Shown piece by piece: positions 52,066-61,300 of a DNA stretch of 64,000 bases (position 1 is its first letter; the number at the start of each line of letters is the position of its first letter). The notes beneath the pieces were generated by a model. The model worked only from the letters and a program-made list of their open reading frames with translations, did no database searches and was not told the origin of the DNA. The DNA is from a candidate division FCPU426 bacterium (GTDB taxonomy: Bacteria; Oederibacteriota; Muellerivitia; Muellerivitales; Muellerivitaceae). The DNA is taken from contig CAVRAL010000001.1 of the NCBI GenBank assembly GCA_963719085.1, forward strand, positions 640,001 through 704,000, written 5' to 3'. The position numbers were made by a program, and so were the translations under genes.

Positions 52066-53319
52066 TTGAATCTTCCTTTTGAAATCTTCCTGGGCCTTCG
52101 CTACCTGCGATCCAAGCGTAAGCGTTCGGCTATTTCCGTTCTGACTTGGCTTTCGGTCATCGGCGTTTCCATTGGGGTCATGGCGCTCAATGTGGTGCTT
52201 TCGGTCATGAATGGTTATGACTCCGAACTCAAAAAGGACATCGTGGGGATCAACCCCCATGTCATTGTTTCGGGTTATCACAACCAGCCGCTGGCCAACG
52301 CCGATAGCTTTACCCAGGTGATCGGCAAGATGGACCATGTGGCTTCCGTGGGGCCCTATGTGCAGGGCCAAGCTTTGGCCCGGTCGCGCGAAAGGGCGGT
52401 GGGAATCATGGTGTGGGGCGTGGACCCCGATCATCCCCAGGCCTTGGCGGATTTGGACAAATATTTATTCGAAGCCAAGTCCCAGGATTTAAAACCTCCT
52501 ACAACCGAAGGCGCCAGCCGTGAAGCGAGGATTTTTTTAGGGAGCGTGCTCGCCCAAAGGCTTCGGGTGAGCGTGGGGGACGACATCCTGCTTTTTCTCC
52601 CCAATATGGAAATGACGCCCTTGGGGATGACGCCGCAAAGCATGAAATTCCAAATCGTGGGCGTCTTTAACACGGGCATGTACGACTATGATTCTGACTT
52701 TGCTTATGTGGCCCTGCCCATCGCCCAAAAAATGTTTGCCCTGGGGGATAATGTCACCGGCGTGGCGGTCAAATTGGATAACGTGGATTTGGCGCCGAGC
52801 CTCGGCCGCACTATCCGCCAGGCTTTCGGCGGTGATTATTACGTGCAGGATTGGCTGGAGGTGAACCGCAACCTCTTCACCGCCATCCATATGGAAAAAC
52901 TCGTGATGGGCATCATTCTTTCGCTGATCGTTCTAGTGGCGGCGCTCAATATCGTCAACCCCTTGACCATGATGGTCATTGAAAAGACCAAAGAAATTGG
53001 AATCCTCAAGGCCATGGGCGCCACGGATAAAAGCGTCACGACGATTTTTATGTTTGAGGGAATGTTGATCGGGATTCTGGGTATTTTGTTGGGGTTGATC
53101 ATCGGCTACATTCTTTGCGAAATTATCGCCCTGGTGCCCATTCATATTCCCGGAGGCGGCATGGTTTATTACATCGACCGTTTGCCGGTGAAGGTGGATC
53201 CCTTCATCAGCTATGTGATTGTTCCCGTGATGGCGGTGTTCCTATGTTTCTTGGCTACGCTTTACCCGGCGCGGCAGGCGGCCAAGCTGGAACCCGTCGA
53301 CGCCATCCGGTACGAGTAG
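52066..53319 (+). CDS. lolE: Lipoprotein-releasing ABC permease, LolC/E family
   Basis: LRYLRSKR, VLSVMNG, EKTKEIGILKAMGA, YPARQAAKLEPVDAIRYE. Confidence 0.9.
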   Translation: MNLPFEIFLGLRYLRSKRKRSAISVLTWLSVIGVSIGVMALNVVLSVMNGYDSELKKDIVGINPHVIVSGYHNQPLANADSFTQVIGKMDHVASVGPYVQGQALARSRERAVGIMVWGVDPDHPQALADLDKYLFEAKSQDLKPPTTEGASREARIFLGSVLAQRLRVSVGDDILLFLPNMEMTPLGMTPQSMKFQIVGVFNTGMYDYDSDFAYVALPIAQKMFALGDNVTGVAVKLDNVDLAPSLGRTIRQAFGGDYYVQDWLEVNRNLFTAIHMEKLVMGIILSLIVLVAALNIVNPLTMMVIEKTKEIGILKAMGATDKSVTTIFMFEGMLIGILGILLGLIIGYILCEIIALVPIHIPGGGMVYYIDRLPVKVDPFISYVIVPVMAVFLCFLATLYPARQAAKLEPVDAIRYE

Positions 53320-53328
53320 GGGGAGCCC

Positions 53329-54009
53329 ATGGAAGTTATCCGCGTGGAAGATGTCACCAAGAGCTATTTCATGGACGCCGAGGAAATCCGCGCCCTGCGA
53401 AAAGTTAATTTCTCCTTGGACGCCGGGGACATCACGGTCATTTTGGGTCCCTCGGGATCCGGCAAGAGCACGCTTCTGACCCTTTTGGGGGGGCTTGGAA
53501 AACCTTCCGAAGGCAAGGTCTGGTGCCGGGGAAAGTCCCTCTATGACTTATCCAACGCCGAACTGGCGCTTTGGCGGAATAAAATTTTTGGTTTTGTTTT
53601 CCAGTTCCATTATTTGATGCCCGAATTGACGGCGTTGGAAAATATTATGCTGGCCGGCCGCATTTCCCGAAAACCAATTGAGGAATGCGAGGCTCGGGCG
53701 CAAAAGCTTTTGGCCCACGTGAAGCTATCCTCCCGGGCCCAGCACAAGCCCGGCGAGCTTTCGGGCGGGGAACAACAGCGGGTGGCGGTGTGCCGGGCCT
53801 TGATGAATGAGCCTGAAATTATCCTGGCGGACGAGCCCACGGGCAATTTGGATTTAAAAACCGCCGAGGGAATCCATGACGTGCTTTGGGAAATTTGCCA
53901 GAAGGAAGGCCGCACCCTGATTGTGGTCACCCATTACGAACCCCTGGCCAAACGCGCGGACCATATTTTGAGTCTGAACGACGGCCAAGTCGTAAAGAGG
54001 AAGAATTAG
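53329..54009 (+). CDS. lolD: Lipoprotein-releasing ABC ATPase
   Basis: [35 protein letters not shown]. Confidence 0.9.
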   Translation: MEVIRVEDVTKSYFMDAEEIRALRKVNFSLDAGDITVILGPSGSGKSTLLTLLGGLGKPSEGKVWCRGKSLYDLSNAELALWRNKIFGFVFQFHYLMPELTALENIMLAGRISRKPIEECEARAQKLLAHVKLSSRAQHKPGELSGGEQQRVAVCRALMNEPEIILADEPTGNLDLKTAEGIHDVLWEICQKEGRTLIVVTHYEPLAKRADHILSLNDGQVVKRKN

Positions 54010-54011
54010 GC

Positions 54012-54142
54012 TTGAAACACAGAGTTACACGGAGTTGCGCGGAGTAAGATTTTAAAATTTAATTTGATATTTATCGGCTGCGGCTTATTCAGGTGATGTG
54101 ATTTTGGTTCACTCGGTGAACCCTGTTAACTCTGTGTTTCAA
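54012..54142. repeat. Intergenic hairpin element D (three CACRGAG-like units per arm)
   Basis: Left TTGAAACACAGAGTTACACGGAGTTGCGCGGAGT; right reverse complement TTGAAACACAGAGTTAACAGGGTTCACCGAGT. Confidence 0.82.
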
Positions 54143-54164
54143 AGTCTTGAGATTTGAGGATTTT

Positions 54165-54749
54165 ATGCTTTGTCAAAAGTGCCAACAGAGGCCCGCGACC
54201 GTCTTTTTTTCCCAAACGGTGGGGACTAAAACCACCCAGACCCATCTTTGCGAGCCTTGCGCCCGGGAACAAATGAAGGCTCAGGGCGTGGTCACGCCTT
54301 TCGCCTTGAACCCCTTTGCCGCCATGGCGGATTTTTTCAATAACTTCATGGCGGGCGCCAATATCCAAGAAGCCGCCCAGGGACGCGCGCCGGTGTCGGG
54401 GACGCCGTCCATCGGTGATCCTTCGGTTCAATGTCCTTACTGTGGTTATCAACTTTCCACCTTCCGTCAAAACGGAAGGCTGGGCTGTACCCGTTGTTAT
54501 GAGGCCTTCGCCGGATTTTTGGGGCCCTTGGTGGCCAGCATCCATGGCAATGTTCGGCACACGGAAGAAGTTTCGGAAAAAGCGAATTCCGCTCCGCCCG
54601 GGGCGCCGATTGCCGCGCCGCTGGGGGAGGACGCTGAAGTTTTAGGCTTGCGCGAGCAATTAAAAACGGCGATTCAAAATGAGAAGTTCGAGGAAGCGGC
54701 GCGACTTCGGGATGAAATCCAAAAACGGAAGGATCCGCCCCTTGTTTGA
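54165..54749 (+). CDS. mcsA: McsA (four CxxC motifs and a UVR domain)
   Basis: CQKC, CEPC, CPYC, GRLGCTRCY, EKFEEAARLRDEI; ATG 54165 after GAGGA. Confidence 0.92.
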   Translation: MLCQKCQQRPATVFFSQTVGTKTTQTHLCEPCAREQMKAQGVVTPFALNPFAAMADFFNNFMAGANIQEAAQGRAPVSGTPSIGDPSVQCPYCGYQLSTFRQNGRLGCTRCYEAFAGFLGPLVASIHGNVRHTEEVSEKANSAPPGAPIAAPLGEDAEVLGLREQLKTAIQNEKFEEAARLRDEIQKRKDPPLV

Positions 54750-55803
54750 GGAACTGCTGACGGGACAAAACGATTGGTTCTCCAAAGCGGGGCCCTTGGA
54801 CGGGGTGGTCCTCTCCAGCCGGGTGAGGCTCGCGCGCAATCTGGACAAAATGAAATTTCCCCATCAAGCCAACGCCCTGGAACAAAAACAAGTGGTGGAA
54901 CAGGTGGAGAAAGGCCTGAGCCGTTTGACCAAGGGTGAAAAATTTAGATTCGTGCGGTTGAATGAGATCGCTTCATTGGACCGGCAATTTTTGACTGAAC
55001 ACCAGCTTATGTCGATGGAACACGCCGCCAGCCTGGGCGAGCGGGCCGTGGCTTTTGATCCCCAAGAGGGATTGAGTTTCATGATCAATGAAGAGGATCA
55101 TTTACGGCTTCAAGTTTTTCGGCCCGGGCTTAATTTGCGAGAGGCCTATCGCACGCTTCAAAAAGCCGACGAGTTGATCGGGCAGGATTTGGTTTACGCC
55201 AAGCATGACCAGTGGGGTTATTTGACGGCCTGCCCGACCAATTTGGGCGCGGCTTTGCGGGCCAGCGTGATGCTGCACCTGCCGGCTTTGGTTTATACCA
55301 ACCGGATCGCCCAAGTGCTTCAAGGCGTCGCCCAGGTGGGTTTGACGGTGCGGGGGTTGCAGGGCGAGACCACGCAGATTTCCAGCCCCTTTTTCCAAAT
55401 TTCCAATCAGTCGTCGCTGGGCAAAAAGGGATCCGAGATCGTGGAACACGTGGACCGGGTGGCGCGTCAAATGATTGAGGTGGAAACCCAAACCCAAAAG
55501 GGCGTCTTTCAACAGGATGGGCTCAAGATCAAGGACCGCATTTGCCGGGCTCTGGGGACCTTGAAAAACGCGCAGCTTCTCCCCATTGAGGAAGCCTTGA
55601 ACGGTCTGTCGGCCCTGCGGGTCGGGGTGGAGCAAAAAATCTTAACCGGCTTGGACTTGCCAAACCTGAACAATCTTCTGATTTTGATCCAACCGGCCCA
55701 TTTGGCGAAGATCGCGGTGCGGGAATTGAGGCCGGAGGACGAGGTCCAGGAACGGGCCCGCTTATTAAGGCTGGCCTTGAAGCCCATGGAAGTCGCCGGC
55801 TAG
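54742..55803 (+). CDS. mcsB: Protein arginine kinase McsB
   Basis: LSSRVRLARN, INEEDHLR, GYLTACPTNLG; probable TTG start at 54742. Confidence 0.92.
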   Translation: MFEELLTGQNDWFSKAGPLDGVVLSSRVRLARNLDKMKFPHQANALEQKQVVEQVEKGLSRLTKGEKFRFVRLNEIASLDRQFLTEHQLMSMEHAASLGERAVAFDPQEGLSFMINEEDHLRLQVFRPGLNLREAYRTLQKADELIGQDLVYAKHDQWGYLTACPTNLGAALRASVMLHLPALVYTNRIAQVLQGVAQVGLTVRGLQGETTQISSPFFQISNQSSLGKKGSEIVEHVDRVARQMIEVETQTQKGVFQQDGLKIKDRICRALGTLKNAQLLPIEEALNGLSALRVGVEQKILTGLDLPNLNNLLILIQPAHLAKIAVRELRPEDEVQERARLLRLALKPMEVAG

Positions 55804-55883
55804 CCGAAAAAGCCTCCTAATTGTTGATTTATGGACGCCATTCAGTTGAAATAGAAACATCCTGCAATTCTAAGGAGCCTGCC

Positions 55884-58346
55884 ATGTTTGAACGATTTAC
55901 CGAACGGGCTAAAAAAGTCATCAACCCCCTGGCCAAAGAAGAGGCCCGGCGTTTAAACCACAATTTTATTGGAACCGAACATCTCCTGCTGGGTCTTATC
56001 CGGGAAGGCGGCGGCGTGGCCGTGGCCGTTTTGGAATCACTGGGGGTGGATTTGGAATCCGTGCGCATTGAAGTGGAAAACCTCACCACGCCGTCATCCG
56101 ACACCTTGACCATTGGCGATCCGCAATTTACGCCCTCGGCCAAAAAGGTTTTGGAATTGGCCGCCGAGGAATCCCAAAAACTGGGCCACAACTATATTGG
56201 AACCGAGCATTTACTGCTGGGGCTCATCCAAGAAGGCGAGGGCGTCGCGGCCCGCGCTTTGGAAAACCTGGGCGTGACTTACGAAAAATCCCGGGACATG
56301 GTGATCAATTTGTTGGGCGGAACCTTCCCGAAATTCTCCAAACAAGTGAAAAAATCTAAAACTCCGGCCTTGGATACCTTTGGCCGTGATTTGACCCAAA
56401 TGGCCCGGGATGGAAAACTCGATCCCGTTATCGGCCGGGAAGACGAGATTGAGCGGGTAATCCAAATTCTTTCCCGCCGCACCAAAAATAACCCGGTTTT
56501 GATTGGGGAGCCGGGCGTGGGCAAGACCGCCATCGCTGAAGGTTTGGCCCAGCGCATTAAAGAAGGAAACGTTCCCGAATTGCTTTTGGACAAACGGATT
56601 GTGACTTTGGACTTGGCCGCTTTGGTGGCGGGAACCAAGTATCGGGGTGAGTTTGAGGAGCGATTGAAGGCCGTCATTAATGAAATCCGCCAATCCGGCA
56701 AAGTGGTTTTGTTCGTGGATGAATTGCACACCCTGGTGGGAGCGGGCGCTGCGGAAGGCGCGATTGACGCTTCCAATATGCTTAAACCCGCCCTGGCCCG
56801 CGGCGAGCTTCAATGTATCGGCGCCACGACTTTAAATGAGTACCGTAAGTACATTGAGAAGGACGGCGCTTTGGAGCGCCGCTTTCAAATGATCACCGTG
56901 GATGAGCCGTCGGTGGATGAGACCATCCAGATCATCAAGGGCCTGCGCGATAAATACGAAGCCCATCACCGGGTGCGCATCACGGACGACGCCATCCAGG
57001 CGGCCGCCCAATTGTCGCACCGCTACATCTCGGGCCGGTTTTTGCCGGATAAGGCCATCGATTTGATCGATGAGGCCGGAAGCCGCACCCGCCTTCGCAT
57101 CACCACCATGCCGCCGGAAATCCGCACGCTTGAAAAAGATGTGGAAAAGGTGAAGCAGGAAAAAGAAGAAGCCATCAAGACGCAGGAATTCGAGCGCGCC
57201 GCCGATTTGCGCGACAAGATGAAAAAAATGCGCCAAAAGCTGCAGGAAGAAAAAGAAAAATGGGAAGCGATGAAATCCAAGGAAGACGCCGTGGTCACTT
57301 GGGAAGATATCGCCTATGTGGCGTCCAAGTGGACGGGCATTCCCATGATCAAGCTGGGTGAGAAGGAAAGCGAAAAGCTTCTCAAGATGGAAGAGGATCT
57401 GCATAAGCGCGTGGTGGGCCAAGAAGAGGCTATCGTTTCCATCTCGAAGGCCATCCGCCGCAGCCGCGCGGGCATTGGGAATCCTAAAAAGCCCATCGGC
57501 AGCTTTATGTTCATGGGACCGACGGGTGTGGGAAAAACCGAGCTGGCCCGGGCCTTGGCCAATTTCTTGTTTGACGACGACGACGCCCTGATCCGCTTTG
57601 ACATGAGCGAGTACATGGAAAAGTTCAACGTGTCCCGTTTGGCCGGCGCCCCTCCGGGCTATGTGGGCCATGACGAGGGCGGACAGCTGACCGAGAAGGT
57701 TCGGCGCAAGCCCTACAGCGTGGTTTTGTTCGATGAGATCGAGAAGGCCCATCCCGAGATTTTCAATGTCATGCTTCAAATCTTGGAAGACGGCCGCTTG
57801 ACCGATTCTTTGGGCCGGGTGGTCGACTTTAGAAACACCGTGGTCATCATGACCAGCAACTTGGGCGCGCGGGAAATCGGGACGATCAAGACCTTGGGCT
57901 TCCAAACCGGGGATGACGCGATCAGCTTTGAAAGCATGAAGAATAAGATTCATGCCGAGTTGAAGAAGGCCTTCAACCCCGAGTTCCTCAATCGGATCGA
58001 TGACATCATCATTTTTCATCCTTTGGAAAAGAGCCACATCGAGAAGATCGTGGATATTCAGCTATCGGATGTCCAAAAACGCCTTCAGGACAAGAACATC
58101 ATCCTGGAGTTGGAGCCTTCCGCGAGGGACTTCCTCATCGACAAGGGCTACGACAAAATGTACGGCGCCCGGCAGATGAAACGAACGATCCAGCGTTATG
58201 TGGAAGACGCGGTGGCCGAGGAATTGCTGCGCGGCCACATCAAGGATGGCCAGAAGGTCACCCTGACGTCCGGGGGAGACAAATTGATTTTCACGACTGA
58301 CGCGTCCTTGACCGCGGTATCTTCCGCGCCCGCCGCCACGGTTTAG
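55884..58346 (+). CDS. clpC: ATP-dependent Clp protease ATPase ClpC
   Basis: MFERFTERA, two Clp_N repeats, [11 protein letters not shown] middle domain, [17 protein letters not shown]. Confidence 0.97.
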   Translation: MFERFTERAKKVINPLAKEEARRLNHNFIGTEHLLLGLIREGGGVAVAVLESLGVDLESVRIEVENLTTPSSDTLTIGDPQFTPSAKKVLELAAEESQKLGHNYIGTEHLLLGLIQEGEGVAARALENLGVTYEKSRDMVINLLGGTFPKFSKQVKKSKTPALDTFGRDLTQMARDGKLDPVIGREDEIERVIQILSRRTKNNPVLIGEPGVGKTAIAEGLAQRIKEGNVPELLLDKRIVTLDLAALVAGTKYRGEFEERLKAVINEIRQSGKVVLFVDELHTLVGAGAAEGAIDASNMLKPALARGELQCIGATTLNEYRKYIEKDGALERRFQMITVDEPSVDETIQIIKGLRDKYEAHHRVRITDDAIQAAAQLSHRYISGRFLPDKAIDLIDEAGSRTRLRITTMPPEIRTLEKDVEKVKQEKEEAIKTQEFERAADLRDKMKKMRQKLQEEKEKWEAMKSKEDAVVTWEDIAYVASKWTGIPMIKLGEKESEKLLKMEEDLHKRVVGQEEAIVSISKAIRRSRAGIGNPKKPIGSFMFMGPTGVGKTELARALANFLFDDDDALIRFDMSEYMEKFNVSRLAGAPPGYVGHDEGGQLTEKVRRKPYSVVLFDEIEKAHPEIFNVMLQILEDGRLTDSLGRVVDFRNTVVIMTSNLGAREIGTIKTLGFQTGDDAISFESMKNKIHAELKKAFNPEFLNRIDDIIIFHPLEKSHIEKIVDIQLSDVQKRLQDKNIILELEPSARDFLIDKGYDKMYGARQMKRTIQRYVEDAVAEELLRGHIKDGQKVTLTSGGDKLIFTTDASLTAVSSAPAATV

Positions 58347-58358
58347 CCGGAAATCGCG

Positions 58359-61300
58359 ATGGGGAATAAGCCGCCAAAACCGGGATGGCTGTTGCCGTCT
58401 TCCATAGGTTTGGCCGCTCTTTTGGTGGCGGGTTATTTCTTCATTCAAGACCATGTGGTGGACGCGCAGCTTCAGCCGGCTCTCCAAAAAAAATTAACCG
58501 ACCTGCTCCATTCGCCCGTCAGCCTGGAATCGGTTCGGGCGGACATTCGGGGCGGGGTGGAATTGCGCAATGTCTCTTTTCAGATCCCGGTTTCGGGTCT
58601 GGAAGTCCGTGCGTTGGTTGAAAAAGCCTCGGTCCGTTTGTCCTTGGTGGACCTGCTTTGGCGCCACAAAAGCGTGGCGGATTCCCTCGAAAGTTTGACC
58701 GTCCATCATCCCAAACTGTTTATTAGCCGCGGTTCTCCGCCGGCGGCAGGCGAAGCCGCGCCGCCGACGTCCGCGCCGACACCCGCGTCTTTTCCCTTGC
58801 TGCCGTTTAAGAAAATTTTTGTCCGTGACGGCGAGCTTTTTTTCCAATCCGGCGAGGATAAGGAAGGGAAGCGTGTCGCCCAGCAAATTGATTTACAAGC
58901 CTTTACCGATGATTCCCACCGATGGGGACTTTGGATCGAAGCCAAGCCGCCGGAAGAAAAATCATCCGGGTCCTTGGTGCTGACGGGCAGCGTGAATCTG
59001 GATGAGGCCAAATTAGTGGGGAAGGTGGAACTGGCAGACTGGACTCTGGCCGGTGTGGGTCCCATGCTCAAAAGCTTGACGGGTTGGGATCTTTTGGGCG
59101 GACAAGCCAACGTGGATGTTCCTTTCGCCTATCGGCCCGGCCGCAATTTTTGGTTTGATATCCGGGGCCATGTCCAAGACGCGACCGTCCGGGCGCCCGG
59201 CCCAAACGGGGTTCTTTTCACGGGTATCCAGGGCCGCACGGCGATCCGGCCCACGGAGCTGACCCTGAGCCAGCCCTTGCGGTTTCAGGTGGGGCAGACC
59301 GCGTGGCAGGCTTCCGGCGTCATTCCCTTTGACGGGCGTCCGGTTTCGCTGACCACTTCCACCGACGCGCTTTATTTGACCACCTTGATCAACGATGTGC
59401 TTCAACTTAAAGATTTGAAAACCGACGGAGTGGGGCAGGCCGCCATGACCGTGACGGGCCAGTTTTTAAATCCCACCATTCAGGGGTCGGCCGAACTGGG
59501 GACTTCCCACGTCGGGGATTGGCAATTGGATTCGCTGGCGCTGTCGGCCAATTACGATAAGGGCGTCTTTCAGTTGACTCAAATCACCGGAAAATTGTAC
59601 GACGGGACCTTGAACGCCAGCGGGCAGGTTTTATTGAACGGAGCCAGTGAGCCGGTTTCCTTGAAAGCCACGCTGGAAAATGTGCAGGCGAAAAAAGTGG
59701 CGGCCATCCTGGGGTTGAACGGGCTGGAAGGAACCACCAACGCCCAGGTGGCCGTGAGCGGAACGCTTCAGGAGCCGATTTTCTCCTCCAACGCGTCGTT
59801 GGATTTGGTGCGGACCCTTCGGAACACGCTTTACCACTACTCGATCACGAATCAGATTCAACTCAAGGACCAGAAAATCAAGTTTTCGGTGGTCTTGAAC
59901 GACCAGTCCCACTTGAGCGGTGAATTTATCGAAAAACCGGACGCTTGGGAATTCGGGAAACTTTCCATGACCAACGGCAAAAGGACCATTCAATTCCAGG
60001 GACAGGGCCAATGGCCGAAAGCCATGGACAAACCCATTCAAATGCAAATTCAGGGTACGGGTATTTCCCTCCAAGATTTGGTCTTTTTCAAGGACCAATT
60101 TCCCGAGGTGTCCGGTCAGGTCGCGGTGAAGTTTATTTTATCCGGGACCCGCTCCGCCTTGGCGGGATCCTTGGGCCTTCAATCGCCGGACGTGGTTTTG
60201 GGCAAAGGTTTGGCGCCGGGGCCCCTTTCAGTTTTTCTGGATTGGACGCCGGACAATCTGCTGATCCATGAGCTGCGCTATGGGAATTCGTCCAATCAAA
60301 ATTTTTCCATCACGGGAACCTTAGGCCTGCAATCGGACTCGCCCATGGATTTAAAAATCCAGGCGGATCAGATGCCCCTCGCGCTTTTGGCCGAGATCAC
60401 GAACTGGAATAATCCGCCCCAGCCCTTTACCGGGTCGGTGACCGGAAAAATCCATTGCGGCGGCGTCCGTAAAAACCCGATCCTGGAGGGCGAAGGCCAA
60501 GTGGCCCATCTTCAATTTGGCGAACAAACGGCGGATTTGGTGGACGCCCTCGTCACTTCCAATAACGGAAAAATCCAAATTCAAAAGATTAATTTGACCC
60601 AAGGCGCGAACGATTTAAAAGTTTCGGGTTCTTGGGACACGGGCGCGGCGCCGGCCCGGATGGCGCTTGACTTTTCGGCGCATCATTTTCAGATATTGAA
60701 TGGGCCCTCCCTCACCGGGGATTTTCATTGGGACGCTCAAACCGGCGATCCTTGGTGGGGAAATTGGAAAGGAGTCTTTTCGTCCGCCCTTATTTCGCTT
60801 CAAACCGCGCCCCAGACCTCTTATCAGTTTCATGATTTCGCCCTGAACGCTTCCAGCCAGAATTCGGTGATCAAGGGGTTGGTGGGCTTAGGCAAGACGG
60901 CCACGGGTACGGCCACGATCGATTTTTCAGGCCCCCAACCACAACTGGAAGCCCAACTGAAAATTGACCCGGTGTTATTATCGCAGGCGCCGGACTTGAC
61001 GCAGTTTTTGCCGGCGGGATTAAACGCGGCGGGGCTTATTTCGGGAAACGTAAGTGTTCCCAAGACGACTTTTGGCGCTTTGGCCTTGGAAGGCCATTTC
61101 GCCGTCGCCGATGGCAAGATCCAGAATTACGCTTTCGACAGCCTCAAACTTGATTTCACCGGAAACCAGGGCAAGTTGAGCCCCACCTTGAACCTGACCC
61201 GGGACGCGGCCACTTATAGCTTGGCAGGGACGATCGCGGCGGCCAGCGTCACGGAAGCCTTTTGGAATCCGGATGGTTTGATTAATTTGAACGGGCCTTT

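Noticed and set aside
56832..58037. 401-aa minus-strand ORF
   Set aside because: Antisense shadow of clpC.
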